Below, piece after piece: positions 24,926 through 38,079 of a DNA stretch of 64,000 nt (its first letter is position 1; each line of letters opens with the position of its first letter). The notes below the pieces were generated by a model that was not told where the DNA came from, made no database searches, and saw only the letters and a list, made by a program, of their open reading frames with translations. Source of the stretch: Stegostoma tigrinum (taxonomy: Eukaryota); contig NC_081377.1 of assembly GCF_030684315.1 (NCBI RefSeq), positions 10,664,001 through 10,728,000 of the forward strand. The letters run 5' to 3'. A program made the translations under genes and the position numbers.

Positions 24926-25058
24926 AGAGATAGTAGGAACTACAGATGCTGGAGAATCTGAGATAACAAGGTGTAGAGCTGGATGAACACAGCAGGCCAA
25001 GCAGCATCAGAAGAGCAGGAAAGTTGACGTTTTGGACCTAGAACCTCCTTCAGAAATG
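24926..25058 (-). mobile_element. PLE terminal fragment
   Basis: Same terminus as 18116, with a decayed CTGAAGGAGG..AAAACGTC motif. Confidence 0.75.
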
Positions 25059-26385
25059 ATTCAGCAATTTTGTGTCTCTCTTTTTTGGTCTTCCTGTCTA
25101 TCTTGTTGTTTTCATCTGGTACAGCTTCTAATGTGGGTTCTTGCTGAAACAGCACTCCTCGTAAGTAATGGTCTGAATTTCCCTACATGTTAGTCCTTGT
25201 AGCATGTATATTATGAAAATTCATGATGAGACAGATGTCCTGAAGTTTATGAATAACATTAACTGCTTACATTGCCATAACATTATAAACTTACACAGAT
25301 TGTGGAGCTTATGCTTACTGGATACATAGAGCAAAGGTATAGTGAACGCAAACCTACTAGTATCAGTACTACTGTTACTGAAGGTGGGTTGGGCACTTCT
25401 TTACAGGAATCCCATGCATCATAATTTCACTGAACTATCTTAAAAATACACTACCTGAGTGATTTAGAATCTATACAGTAAGATAACTGATTCAAGTTCA
25501 AAGAATCATTGAAGCAGCTATTTGTCAAATAACGGTATATAATTCCAATGGGGTCCAGTCTTTCTGCCATTTGTTCCAACAGAAAACTGGGAGGTCCGTT
25601 GGGATGCAAAAGGTGACAGTTTAATTCACTTGGGAAAATGGAATTACAATTGATTTTGTGTAATAAGTATAACTTACTCCAACTGTATAGAGTTAAACAA
25701 GGTAACAAGTCAGCTACTTCCAGGAAGACACAAATGAATCTAATTTAAACCAAATCTATAAAGCCTCTGAATGGTTCAATCAGGCTGTTTTTAGTTATTC
25801 CAGTTGTTTCCAGTTTAGACCAGTTAATTCTAATGAACTACGTTAATACTACTTGATGTTTCTAACTGGTATCAACCAACTTTTCTTTTAGCAATTTAAT
25901 ATTTACCAGAATTACTTTCTACTCCTAATCTTCAATAGCAGAAAATTAATTCAAGTTTTCATTCTGTTGTTTTATCCTGAAATCATAGGGTTTTGCAGTA
26001 TTAACAAGGTGTTCTTTTTTATTTGTACTGTTCACTTCCCCTGTTCCTCATGATGTTCCTTCAGTTACTCTCACTGGAGATGCTGAGTACTGAATCATAA
26101 TATCAACACCCTCTGTAAAACTGTTAAACAATTACAGCATTTGATGGAAAAGCATCTGCAGGGAAAATGAGAGAAATAAGAAAATGTGAACAAATGGAAA
26201 TCTGACATAGAATAAGAGACCTCAAAGAGAATCAGAGAAAAATTCAAAGTTCTGTGTTCTGTTCATCTCCAACCATCACTTTCCTTTTCTTTCCTCCCCG
26301 GTACTATATGACACCACCAGGAGAATGAAAGGGGAAATCTGATTTCACAATTTCACAAAAAAAATACAATCAAGTATAAGGTAAG

Positions 26386-26572
26386 GTAGTGTAGAGCTGG
26401 ACGAGCAAAGCAGGTCAGGCAACATCAGAGGAGCAGGAAAGCTGACATTTTGGGTCGCGACTAGTCTTCAAAAATGGTTAGGGGGGTGCGGTATGCTGCC
26501 TGACCTAATGTGTTCCTCCAGCTCTATACTGTGTTATCTCTGGCTCCAGCATCGGCAGTTCTTACCATCTCC
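26386..26572. mobile_element. Older fold-back PLE mini-element
   Basis: Diverged inverted arms with the tail on the right arm. Flanks tacaatcaag/tataatcaaag. Confidence 0.65.
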
Positions 26573-28309
26573 CTATAATCAAAGTTTCCCACAAGTGGAC
26601 GTGCCTGAGCTGAGAATGCATATGTTTCCGTTTCTGTGAAATCACTGAGATTGTAGTTACGCAAGCTGACTTTGTGTTCATGAAAACGACTGAATTCTCA
26701 AGATGTATTTTTTTTCCGTCGATTTGATTTTGACTTGTTGCTGGTTGCTCTGAACCAGCTACCCTTCACAACTGATCTGAGATGAAGAATCCACTATTTG
26801 GTTTTTGACTGATTGTTGGAGTAATGAATTACCCAAGGAAATATCAAGTTATGATTACTTTCTTCTACACTGTCTTTCTATACAAACATTATAGTCTAAC
26901 TTCTTTGTAAGATGCAAATAGAGGCGCAGTATCACCAAGTCAGTTGAAATTGCAGGTGTCTTCATTGATTTTCATGCATTGCCATTCAATTTGCACTTAC
27001 CCACCACCAGCAATTGCCTATTGAAGTTTCCATTAAAATGTATATGCATGCTTACTTCAGGAATATACATACAGCAATTGGGTGGTGCTGAGGTTCAAAG
27101 GCTGAAATATTGGTCCAGGTGTGGAGTAAAATAAAGCGAGCTTTATACTTCATGTAACAGTGCCTCAAGTGAGCGTTGTGTGACTCTGTGTAATTGAAGT
27201 AAGAAATTAACCTGTTCTCCGTACAAACATTTCTCACCTTCATCATCTCAAAAGCCATGATTTTTAAAATGAAAGAATCATTAGCTCTTGAATCATCGTT
27301 TTTTTTTATTTTCTGTAGCTGATTATAGCATACACACGGAGCATCATCCATTACCCTTATAATGTTCTTGTCAATATCATTGACTTAAGAATGGTCCTGT
27401 CCAATAAAGTCAATAACATTGATCAAAATGATAAATCTCCAACTGACACATACAGCAAAAACATTTTGAAATGAAAAATTATGAAGCTATGGCTGAAAAC
27501 GTCTTCAGATTATGTGTTTGAACTAAATAAATAGTAGATTTATTTTCACAGCAAGTGTAGAAATGGGCCATTAGCCACTTTGGTACCTCTTCAGAGGAGC
27601 CATGTCTGTCCTGAGAAATATGCCACAGTGCTGTGATGATGGATGTGATAAATCATGCTGTTTTGGGGCTTGTTTGGAGAAACCTGTAGGGATTTTGAAT
27701 TGTTTTATTAAATATGTGTCACATTTTATTCTCTAAGGCTTTAGCTGTTGAAAGCTGCTTTGACAATGCTGGTAAAAAGGAAGAATTGATAGAAAGACAG
27801 ACCAAAATAAATAGTTTTCAGTCACACATTCGAAGAAACTTGTTTGCTATAGCGATTGTACAACAAAAGTCATTGGCTGTAAGTGCTTTAGGATCTCCTA
27901 AGGTCATGCAAAAAAAATACAAACTTTTCCTTACACCTTGCAGTCATACAAAAAGGGCTGAACATCTGAAGAAGCAGTTTAAAAAATCACTTAACAATTC
28001 TTCCTTGCAGGGTTTGTAATGTAGTTTCTTAAATTTATTTTTTCCCTTTTTAACAAATAAGTATTTTCAAACTTCAAACATACACAAGAATGAAAATTGC
28101 TTCAGGTTATCAAGGAATGTTGAATAAAGTGTTTTTCCTTCCTTGAACAAAATTATTGGCAAACATTTTGTTCTGCAAACGCAACCGTTTCGGATAGAAT
28201 TTGCATAACTGTTTGGATGAGGGTCACATTTGTTTAACTTATGTGGGTAGACAGTTTAGTTCTATTATTGAAGGCAGCCTACCTGGTTATCAGAGCTTTA
28301 GGATTACAC

Positions 28310-28842
28310 AGAAACATAGAAGATAGGAGCAGGAGGAGGCTATTTGGCCCTTTGAGCTTTCTCTGCTATTCTTCACAATCATGGTTGATAGATCAACTCA
28401 ATAGTATAATCCAGCTTTCTCTCCATAACCCTTGATCCCATTCACCCCAAGTGTTATACCTGGCCGCATTCAATGTTTTGGTATCAACAACTTCCTGCAG
28501 TAGTGAATTCCACAGGCTGACCACTCTTAGGGTGTAGAAATGTCTCCTCATCTCCATCCTAAATGGCCTACCCCGAATCCTCATACTGTGACCCCTGGTT
28601 CTGGACACACCCATCATTAGGAACATCCTCCCTGCATCTACCCTGTCCAGTCCTGTTAGAATAGTATGAGTCTCGTGAGATCCCAGCACCACCAACCCCC
28701 TCACCACCTGCAACCATTCTTCTGAACTCCAGTGAAAACAATCCCAATATTGCCTTTCTCTCCTCATTCATCAGACCCACCAACCCTGGAATCAGTCTGG
28801 TAAACCTTCACTGCTCTCCCTTGAGAGCAAGAGCATCCTTCA
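28310..28842 (-). mobile_element. CR1/HER1 3' end
   Basis: ILTGLDRVDAGRMF..SRTRGHSMRIRGRPFRMEMRRHFYTLRVVSLWNSL. Confidence 0.85.
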
Positions 28843-29720
28843 TGATCAAAGAACTCAAAGAAAGGAAGGGAGAAGCTATGGAGGGGCCGTTGGATAAAGA
28901 GTGATTACAGGAGGTGAATCCCAGTGGGAAAATTATGTTATCATGCAATTTTACACATTATATAGTTTCATCTCTCACCATTTATTTTTCCCTTCTCTGC
29001 CAAAAGCTCAGACTCTGATGTAATTTGGCATGAATAGGTGATCGTCAATACCTAATGATTCAAATAACTTTCATCATTAGCTCCTGACAGTAAGTGTTAG
29101 TGTGCCTTTCCACTATGAGGTCAGCACAGTTAAGCTCAATTCTAATATTAACTCCAGTGAACGCACGAGCAACTGGAGAGACTAGCAAGTGATCCCTGAC
29201 CTCTACATTCTCCAACAAATCAAAGGGCTTTAAAGATAATTGTAACATGTCCGCTGGAAATCAGTAAACTCAATAAAAGTCTTGTGGTACCTTACTAGTT
29301 ATTTGAAACTGTTTACGTTGGCGTGTTATTCATAGAATACCTTTAATATTGACAGGTATTCCACATGGACCATGGAACTTCATGTCTGCAGGTAGTAACT
29401 TCTGTTCCCTCTGCTACGGCATTTGATCCAAAAGGGCAGTCTCACACATTCCTGTATCATGTTTAAAATGAATGTGATATCTATTGATGTCAAATCAATT
29501 TCTGTCAGATCAAGATGGATAAATCTGCAATTTCCACATGCCTCAGATACCTTTTTTTCCCTGAATGGTGGTCGTTTGATTATATTAGCGCCATTGTATG
29601 AATAGGCATTTGGCTTTTTGCTGCACTGAAACTGGGACATAAGTTTATACAACCTCTGAAAATGATTTATAGTTTAACAGATGAAGCTTTTTTTTGTCAT
29701 AGCTGAGCACTACGTATGCC

Positions 29721-32700
29721 TGAAATAACTCCACAGAGGCCATTATCCCATTGCCAAGTCACCTTTTATTTACACATGGAGACTCCTTGATACTGAACCA
29801 GCACTCTCTAAGCTTCGTCTCAGAATGAACAGAACCTCTGACATTCCTGTCTGTATCTGTCAACCAGGGATCCCTGTTTGGACCAGATTAACAGCTCCAA
29901 TCAGGGAACTCATATTCTATGAAATCCAACTGGCTGACCTTGTTCCAATCACTTTATTCTCCCTCTCTGAGTCTGAGGATATAAGCTAGTTCTTTTTTTT
30001 GTAGCTCCTCCTGGGGCATTTTAGCACCAGGTCAGGTTCCTCCAACTCTACCTCTGATACAGGCCGTGTGTAACGTGCAGCATCTCACTTCTTGCACTGG
30101 AATGCCTTGGAAGAAGTTATGAGGTGTACAATGGTTGAGAACATTGATTCCATGAAAGGAACTGCAGCATCTATGTGTAAAAGAGTCCAGGCTTTACCCA
30201 GCCATTCCTGTGAATGTGGACAAGCTGCTAGAGGTAGCTTTTGTTCTTGTCGATATTATGGGGCACATCCACATCCATTCTGGTTGTGGCCAGCCTTTGG
30301 TTTCCCCCATCACCACCAGCTGTTTCAGTTTTGCCAGGGTCAGATTTTTCTGTGTGCAAAGTCTGATATTGTCAGCTGTGAGCAGAAATTTAACATCATT
30401 ATAGGCTCTTCCAGTAGTGTATCTGTCAACGGGAGGCGGCTCAACACATTCACATTTGCTAGTTGCCCCCCAATGGTGTTCCAACTTGGAATTATATGCA
30501 CTGAATAATAAATCCCTTCTCTGAACTCAGCCTGAAGCTATGAATGGCACTGCCTTGTCCTCTTTAAGTAGACACAGCAAGAGTTTGTGGTCTGTTGTTA
30601 TTACAAATTTACATCTATAAAGGTGTTGGTAGAGCTTCCTGTCTCCAAATATAACCACCAAACCTTCTTTCTCTATCTGGGCATATTTACTGTCTTCATT
30701 GGCCAGTATCCTAGATACACATGCTCTTAGGCCTTCCACTCCACTGGGCCATCTAAGGGATAATGCTAGCCTGATTCCATACAGGGAGGCACCACACATC
30801 AGTACCAGAACTGGCCTGGGATCATAGTGCACCAACACCTTGCAGGGTGAACACTGGTTCTTCACTTCCCTGAAAGCTATGGCTTGGTTATGCAACTATT
30901 TCCAAGGCTGGCCTTTTATTATGACTTGATGCAAAGGTGCCAGGATGGAGGCCAGTTTATGTATGAACTTTCTGTAAGAATTCACCAGCCCAAGGAAGGA
31001 CCTAAACTCCAATATAGACGTGACATCGGGGCACCTTTGATCACCCTCACTTTATCTTTCAATAGGTGTAGCACAGTCTTGTCGACTCTAGCCCAAAAGG
31101 GTCATTTGGAGTGCCTGGAACATACATTTTTCTCTTCTAAGGCAAGCATCTGCCTGGGAGAAACACGTAAGGACCATGTCCAAGTTCTCTAAGTGCTCCT
31201 TACTGGTCATCATCCAGATAACTGGTGACCTTGGGTAGACCATGTAACATGTTCCCCATCATCCACTGAAAATCTGCACAGGCTGATGATAACCCAAATG
31301 GCAGTCTCATATATTGGTACAAACTCTTATGGGTATTATTTGTAGCATATTTCTGGGAATCCTCATCTAACTGCAGTTGCAGATACGCATGGTTCACGTC
31401 TAGCTTTGTGAAGGACAGCCCTCCTGCCAGCTTAGTGCATTATTCTTCTATGCGATGGATCAGGTATCTAACCAGCTATGCTTACCGCTTGTTTAAAATC
31501 CCCACAGAAACGAACCAAAGTGACAGGCTTCACAATTGGTATGACAGTGCCGCCCATTCCGCAAACTTGAGTGGTTTGCTGACACTTGCGCTTTCCAGCC
31601 TTCTGATTTCTGCCCTCACTTTCACCTGTAAAGCAAATGGGACTGGGTAGGTCTTGCAGAATCATGAAATTGCTTCCTGGCCCACATGCAAGGTGACCTT
31701 GTCCAGTTTGATAGACCTTAGACCTTCCTGAAAATCCTCTGGGTATTTAATTAGGACTTCATTCAGGCGGTCATTTTCTGATCAAAAAATGTTGAGCCAA
31801 TTTAGATGAATCTTTCTCAAATAATTTCACCCCATCAAGCTTGGGCCCAAGCCTTTTACTACAATCAGTGGTAACTGAACAAATTACTTTTCATAAGAGA
31901 CCAGAAGTAAAGTTATAAGCTTAATCTGTAAATGTTCCCTCATATAGTTTCTCAATCCAGCCAAAGTATTGTGCAAATTTAAGGATTAAAGTCCAGAATG
32001 AATATTCTTAAAGACTGGTTCTGTGATCACTGAAATAGCTGTGTTGGTATCAACCTTAATAAGAAACAGGTGACCATTTAATCAGATATTTATTTTGATT
32101 CATTCTGATTTGGATGAAGCTAAACAAATTAAATGTTCCAGACCAGATCTAGGTGGACTTTATAAGTTTTGCAATCACCTGGATATCAGCCTGTGAGTTC
32201 TCTTAATCAATTCTGGTCTAGTGGAACTCTTTAGCTGTCACAAGACTACATTCTGGCTTGCTGAACCAGATCCTGGAGAAAATTTTAACCATTTGTCCAA
32301 GGCTTGACTTTGTTGCAGTGCCATGCTGTGGGCTGACCTACAGTCGCTTCTGTTCAGGATATGCCCTGCGTGCGGCTATGCAATTGCATTCACTCTTCCC
32401 CAAGCTCAGTTGAACTGGTGGGGGTATCCACTTCTATTGGAATACCCTGTGACCCAAATGCTCCACTTGCCGTATTTTCCAATGATTGAGCCAGTTGCAA
32501 TGTTTATTTGGAAGCCAGTTGGACTTCAGCTATTAGGTGCTTTTGCATGGTTATATCATTAATCCCACACACTAAACAGCATCTCAACATCTCTTTAAGA
32601 GTTAAACTAATGTCACATCCTTCTAACAGCTTTTTTTAAACTGGCCAAAAATTCCTGATGGGGATTCCCTTTTTTCTCGAATTGCTGAAAGAAAAACTGA

Positions 32701-33273
32701 CAGCATTTCAGAATTAAAGGTGGTTTGGGGTTGTAATATTTCTTAACTAAATCTATGAACTCTTGAAAGATTCCAGTGTTCGGGGAAGGTGAGCCTCCTA
32801 CTAACTGAAAAAGCCGTGGGTCCACGAGCTGTCAGGAGAATTACTCGCTGCTTTTCATCTACCCCAATGTCATTTGCCCAGAAAAAAATTACACATTATA
32901 TCCACATACTGGGACCAATCTTTGGCAGCAGTATCGAACAAGTTAAGCTTCCCAAATAACAGCATGATGCCAGAAATGTTTCTCCCAAATCAAAGACTGT
33001 TGCGAGCAATTTCTTCAGATGCTTTTCTCTCATTGTCACTGAATTAATTCCACAGAGGCTGGCATCCCATCACCAAAGGCTTCCTTTATTTACACATGAA
33101 GAGTCCTCGAGACTGATCGAGCTACTTCAGAGCCAGGTCTCAGACTGAACAGAACCCCTGACACTCACGTTTGTATCTGTCAGCCAAGGCTCCTCGATTG
33201 GACCAGATTAGCAGTCCCAATCAGGGAACTCATAATCTATGAGGTCCACATGGCTGACTTTATAATCACCACA
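29721..33273 (-). mobile_element. Decayed Ty3/Gypsy LTR retrotransposon with both LTRs
   Basis: LTRs at 29721-29955 and 33040-33273 with a 5-bp target duplication atgcc/atgct. PBS-like tgacaatgag and PPT agagagggagaa. Gag MLLFGKLNLFD..DWSQYV, protease VDT, RT AYLQLQL..RLPFGLSSA..YLDD, RNase H VLVHYDP..YAQIEKEGL..TDHK, truncated integrase PW.W..AW..LHID. Confidence 0.9.
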
Positions 33274-33519
33274 ATGCTGATGTCAACTCTCATATCCACG
33301 GTTTGGCCAACGGTTTGGGGTTTTTTTGCCTTATGACATGTCTTTTTTGAAAATGTTTATATGTTATAAAGTGACCAGGATATTCTAATCCTATCATATG
33401 GGTGACAAACAGTCATCCTAAATGTGTATTTCTGTTTTTGTTTTTCAAATCAAGGTTTTGTCAGGCTGTTATTTAGGCAAACTCTTCCATATTGCAACAA
33501 AGTCACTGTCAATGGAACG

Positions 33520-34060
33520 TTCATATTGTGCTTTCTTCATTATTCCTTTTACGGCTTCTGCTTCTACACAATTCAATAGCTTTCTTCAAACTCAAATCTT
33601 CTTTCGGTCATCATAGATCTGACAAAAAAAAATCAGTAATTCCAACAAAAATTCGGGCTCTTACGAATTCTAATCTCAAAGGTCTATAGACACAGCTTCC
33701 CCCTGATCCATAGAGGTCCTAATTAAATTTATCTACAGACTCCCCCCGGACGCTAAATCTTTTTGTTAAATCTTGCACTTTGAAACATCTGCTTTTTTCT
33801 CAGCTTAAAATAATTGTTAAAATCTTAAAGAACCCTTTCAAAAGTATGTGCATTTTTAAAAAGTTTTCATGCTTTATAATGTCATGAGCTGTAAGTCATT
33901 TTAATTGAACCAGTGTATTTAGTTTCTTAGCTTGAGATTTAGTATTGAAGTGTCAAGTAATTATATACTTTACAAATTGTTTTCTTTACAATGCCCAATC
34001 CTGCGTTCTATTTGACCCACGCTCAACAATAACTATTTTTAATGTTTCTTACATTCTCCA
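33520..34060 (-). mobile_element. Second, unrelated Gypsy gag remnant
   Basis: Frame-shifted remnants DFNNYFKLRKK, RFNKKI.RPGESVDKF, FVRARIFVGITD and KEDLSLKKAIELCR. Confidence 0.65.
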
Positions 34061-34280
34061 TGGTAAAAGGGACACTTACCACCTTTCTTGAAATTGTCCT
34101 TTTGACAATTTTCTAAATGTTTATATCTATGGTCCTAATAAGTTTTTTTTATGTCAAAGCTATTGTTTAAATTATTAATGCCCCTTTCTACCCACAGGTT
34201 TGTGAGTATTTTAACTTTCTTCTTCTGTTCGAGTCTATCCTTCTCATCTTTGAAATTACCGTATTGTCACATTCAATCTG

Positions 34281-34652
34281 CCTTAATTAGAACCAGGTGG
34301 TCATTTAATCGGATATTTACTTTGATTCGTTCTGATTTGGATGAAGCTAAAGAATTTAAATGTTCCAGACCAGATGTAGGTGGACTTTATAAGTTTTGCA
34401 ATCACCTGGATATCAGCCTATGAGTTCTCTTAATCAATTTAGGTCTAGTGGAACTCTTGAGCTGTCACAAGACTACATTCTGGCTTGCTGAACCAGATCC
34501 TGGAGAAAATTTTAAACATTTGTCCAAGGTTTGACTTTGTTGCAGTGTCATGTTATGGGCTGACCTAGAGTCGCTCTGTTCAGGATATGCCCTGCGTGAG
34601 GCTATGCAATTGCATTCACTCAAGCACTGTTCCACAAGCTCAGTCAAACTGG
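34281..34652. repeat. Direct copy of Gypsy internal segment ~32055-32420
   Basis: Long identical stretches, e.g. gctgtcacaagactacattctggcttgctgaaccagatcctggagaaaattttaa, occur at both sites. Confidence 0.9.
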
Positions 34653-34679
34653 TCCATGATGTGCCTGAAAGCCTCAAGG

Positions 34680-35520
34680 ATGGAAATCTGTAACGAGTGG
34701 AGCGCTACAGAGGTCAGTGCTCCAGCTACAATCATTTACATTATATGTTAATGACTTGAATGAAGAAAGTGAATGTGTTATAACCAAGTTTGCAGATGAC
34801 AGAAAAAATAGTGGGATAGCAAGAGCTGAGGATGACATCAGGAGTCTGAAGATGGATATAGGCAGTTTGAATGAGATGGCAAAATCTTGTTAGAAAGGCC
34901 ATTTCTCATGAGAACCTACAATAAGAGAGCATAATCTCAGAATAAGAGCTTAATTTAAGTCATAGATTAGAATCCCTACAGTGTGGAGACAGGACCTTCG
35001 GCCCAACAAGTCCCCACTGCCCCTTGGAGCATCCCACCCAGACCCATCCTCATCCCCCTATAACCCACACACCCCTGAACACTACAGGCAATTTAGCATG
35101 GCCAATCCACCTAGCCTGCACATCTTTGGTCTGTGGGACGAAACCGGAGCACCCAGACGAAACCCACGCAGACACAAGGAGAATGTGCAAACTCTGCACA
35201 GACATTTGCCCGAGTTTGGAATTGAACCCGGGTCCCTGGTGCTGTGAGGCTGCAGTGCTAACCACTGAGCCACCGTGCCGGAGGAATTTCTTCCCTCAGA
35301 ATGCTGTGGTCTTTGAATTTAACCACAGAGGGCTGTTCAAGTTGTGTCATTAAGTATATTCGGGACTGAAATGGATGAATCTATAATTAGTTGAACCAAC
35401 GATTACGGGAAAAGGTTAGAAAATGAAGTTGCAGGTTATCAGATCAGCCATGATGTCATGGAATGGCAGAGCAACCTTGGCAGCTGAATGCCCTACTTTT
35501 TCTATGTCTTGTGGTCTTAC
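34680..35520 (+). mobile_element. CR1 fragment interrupted by an HE1 SINE
   Basis: WKSVTSG..YVNDL..TKFADD, then the 3' end resumes at 35281 (gaggaatttcttccctcaga). Confidence 0.75.
34959..35280 (-). mobile_element. HE1 SINE
   Basis: Full head with A and B boxes (ggttcaattcc), V-domain and tail. Confidence 0.9.
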
Positions 35521-36394
35521 CATCTGCAAGAAGGCTTTCTGAAATTCATGAAAGTTCCATCGCACTTTCCAAACCCAAATCTATTTTCACCTAGAAGGAC
35601 AACTGATATATGGAAACACAGCTGCCTTCACGTAACCTTCAAACTACTCACCATCCTGACTTGGAAGTGTGTCACCATTCCTTCGTGGTCACTGTGTGTC
35701 ATGTGTGTCCTGCCCAGAGGTATGTGAACTCTCTTCTCCTTGAACTCCCACAGGGCTAAGGCTAGCAGGCAGTCAAGCTAGAGGTGGAAGTTCTGGCCAC
35801 CTCTGAAGTATTCTGAGAGCCTGTTTGTGCTTCTTTCTCCAGCTGGGTGCAGACTGGCATCACCTTATCTCCTTGTGAGAAATGGACACCTGAAGTTGTC
35901 ATCAGGCCATTGGAGTTCCTTCCATGGAATTATACTGCAAAACGATGAAAGATCATTCACCTGAAATGTTAAACCTGTTTCTCGCTTGACAGATGTTGCC
36001 AGAAAATTTCAGCACTTTTGGTTTTGGTTCTGGATTTTTGTTTGAATTATAAATTCTTATGGCCTGAAAAACTTCAGTAAACCTTTTATTTGGTTCACTG
36101 TATTTGGATTTGTTAGATAAGGAAATGACCTTCACTCTGGATAGCAACCTATTAAGTGTCATTTGGTGTATAATTCTGTGTGTAATCACCTGAGAGAAAG
36201 GACAGAATGTGTTGCAAATGAAGTGTAGATGTTCTGGCACATTGACGATATATTCACAATCGTGTTTATGGGAGCATCTTACCCAGTTGCTAGGACATGG
36301 ACATTTCAGCACCTCCACAGAAGTAATCTCAATCTTTGCCTGCCAGGGCCAGAAGGTGAAGAACAAAATGCCAGGAAAGCAATGATCTAGTGTT

Positions 36395-37010
36395 GTTATC
36401 TCTGGTCTAATAATGTTCTGGAGACATGATTTCAAACCCTGCTACGGCAGATGGTGGAGCTACTTCTGGAATTAACAGTCTAATCATAGGATCCCTACAC
36501 TGCAGAAAGAGGCTGTTCAGCCCATCAAGCCTACACCAGCAGTCCAAAGAGCATCCCAGCTAAATCCAGCCTCCAACCCAATCTCCGTAACCCCATATTT
36601 CCCATGGCTAATCTAGCTAATCTACATCTCCAGAAATTATGGACTATTTAAACTGACCAATACATCTAATCTGCACATCTTTGCACTGTGGGAGGAAGCT
36701 CATGCATACACATGAAGAATGAACAGATTTCACACAATCAGTCACCATAGGCTATAATCAAACCAAGGCCTCTGGCACTATGAGTTATTTGCTGCCCATG
36801 AAACCATGAAAGACTGGTGGGGAGAAACCGATCTCATTTACTAATGTCCACTATGGAAGGTAACTACCATCCTTGCCTGGTCTGGGTTACATGTGACTCC
36901 AGACTCAGAGCCAAGTGGTTGACTCTTAACTGCTCTCTGGGCAATGAGGCATGAGTAATAAATCATAGCCCAGCCAATGACGTTCATATCCCATGATTGA
37001 TTTCAATAAA
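36395..37010 (+). mobile_element. SINE-like repeat with a nested antisense HE1 SINE (36484-36795)
   Basis: Host resumes at ~36795 (..ctaatgtcc..gtctgggttacatgtgactccagac..). The nested copy has the HE1 tail and V-domain. Confidence 0.65.
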
Positions 37011-37232
37011 ACCTTCATCTTGGCTCTCTCTGCCTTACTATGGGTTGTTTCCTGTAATGAGACAGAGAGAGAGATCACATGAGACAAAAGTGCCTGATAC
37101 AGTTTGTGTGGGGGTGGGGGGAAGTATTGATGGATGTCAGGGTGAGTGAGTAGGCAGTGCGGATGACATGCAGACAAGTTGTCTCGCAGTGCTGTCATGA
37201 ATGGGAATGAATGCAAACAATTATGAGACTCA

Positions 37233-37527
37233 GTGACACGGTGATTCAGAGGCAAGCACTGCTGTTACACAGCACCAGGGACCCAGGTTCAATTCTATCC
37301 TAGGGTGACTGTCTGCGTGAAGTTTACATATTCTCCCTGTGTATGCGTGAGTTTCCTCCAGGTGCTCCGGTTTCTTCCCACAGTCTAAAAATGTGCAGGT
37401 TAGGTAGATTAGCTATGGGAAATGCAGGGTTACAGGGATGGGGTAGATCGGAGCGAGATATTCTTTGGATGGTCAGTGTGGTCTCAATGGACCAAATGGC
37501 CTCCTTCCACCCAGTAGAGATTCTATG
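37233..37527 (+). mobile_element. HE1 SINE
   Basis: cagcaccagggacccaggttcaattc head, ggtgctccggtttcttcccacagtc V-domain, gattctatg tail. Confidence 0.85.
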
Positions 37528-37604
37528 GTGCACCAACAGCCTTGATGGTGGGAGGTGATGAGAGAGTAAAGGCTGTGTGAGGTAGAAGATAGAAAATGTT
37601 AGCA

Positions 37605-37815
37605 TCTATCCCACCGAAGCCTAGAAGGTCATTGACCTGCTGCCTACTTTGCTGAGCAGTCATTCAGACCACAGGGACCACATTGTCCTAGTGGCCAGTT
37701 TTGGAGCAATCTAGCAGGATCCGATATTGTGACCTCCTCCAGTGATCTTGTGGGAAGAGGATGCAGCATGCCGTCCACCAGGACATCCAGGTCTCTATCT
37801 GCAAAGCATGGTGTC
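37605..37815 (-). mobile_element. Harbinger Myb/SANT-like ORF remnant (second copy)
   Basis: PCFADRDLDVLVDG..ILFPQD..TAQQSRQQVNDLL. Confidence 0.6.
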
Positions 37816-38079
37816 AACTACCTCTTAAATCCAATATCCAGGTCAAGTTACCCAAAATATGCAGGCCAGTTCAAGGCTGACGGTGCATGATTAGGTGCAC
37901 CATAGGCTTTTAAAGATAACTCCAGCACTAGGGATCCTGGGATACCCAGGATTGGAGAATACTCCTGCCTGCAATGAGGAGAGAAAATCCTCAATGGAAT
38001 TCATCATTAAGAATACATCAATTTCTAGGAAGATTCAGTATCTAGATTCGGAATGAAATCAGTCATAAGGTCCAGTCAT

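Noticed and set aside
29440-29525. LRR-like peptide FIHLDLTEIDLTSIDITFIL
   Set aside because: A single short motif with a weak acceptor and no neighbouring LRR exons.
35953-36435. 160-aa minus-strand ORF with splice-like sites
   Set aside because: Both ends lie in repeats and the peptide has no recognisable domain.
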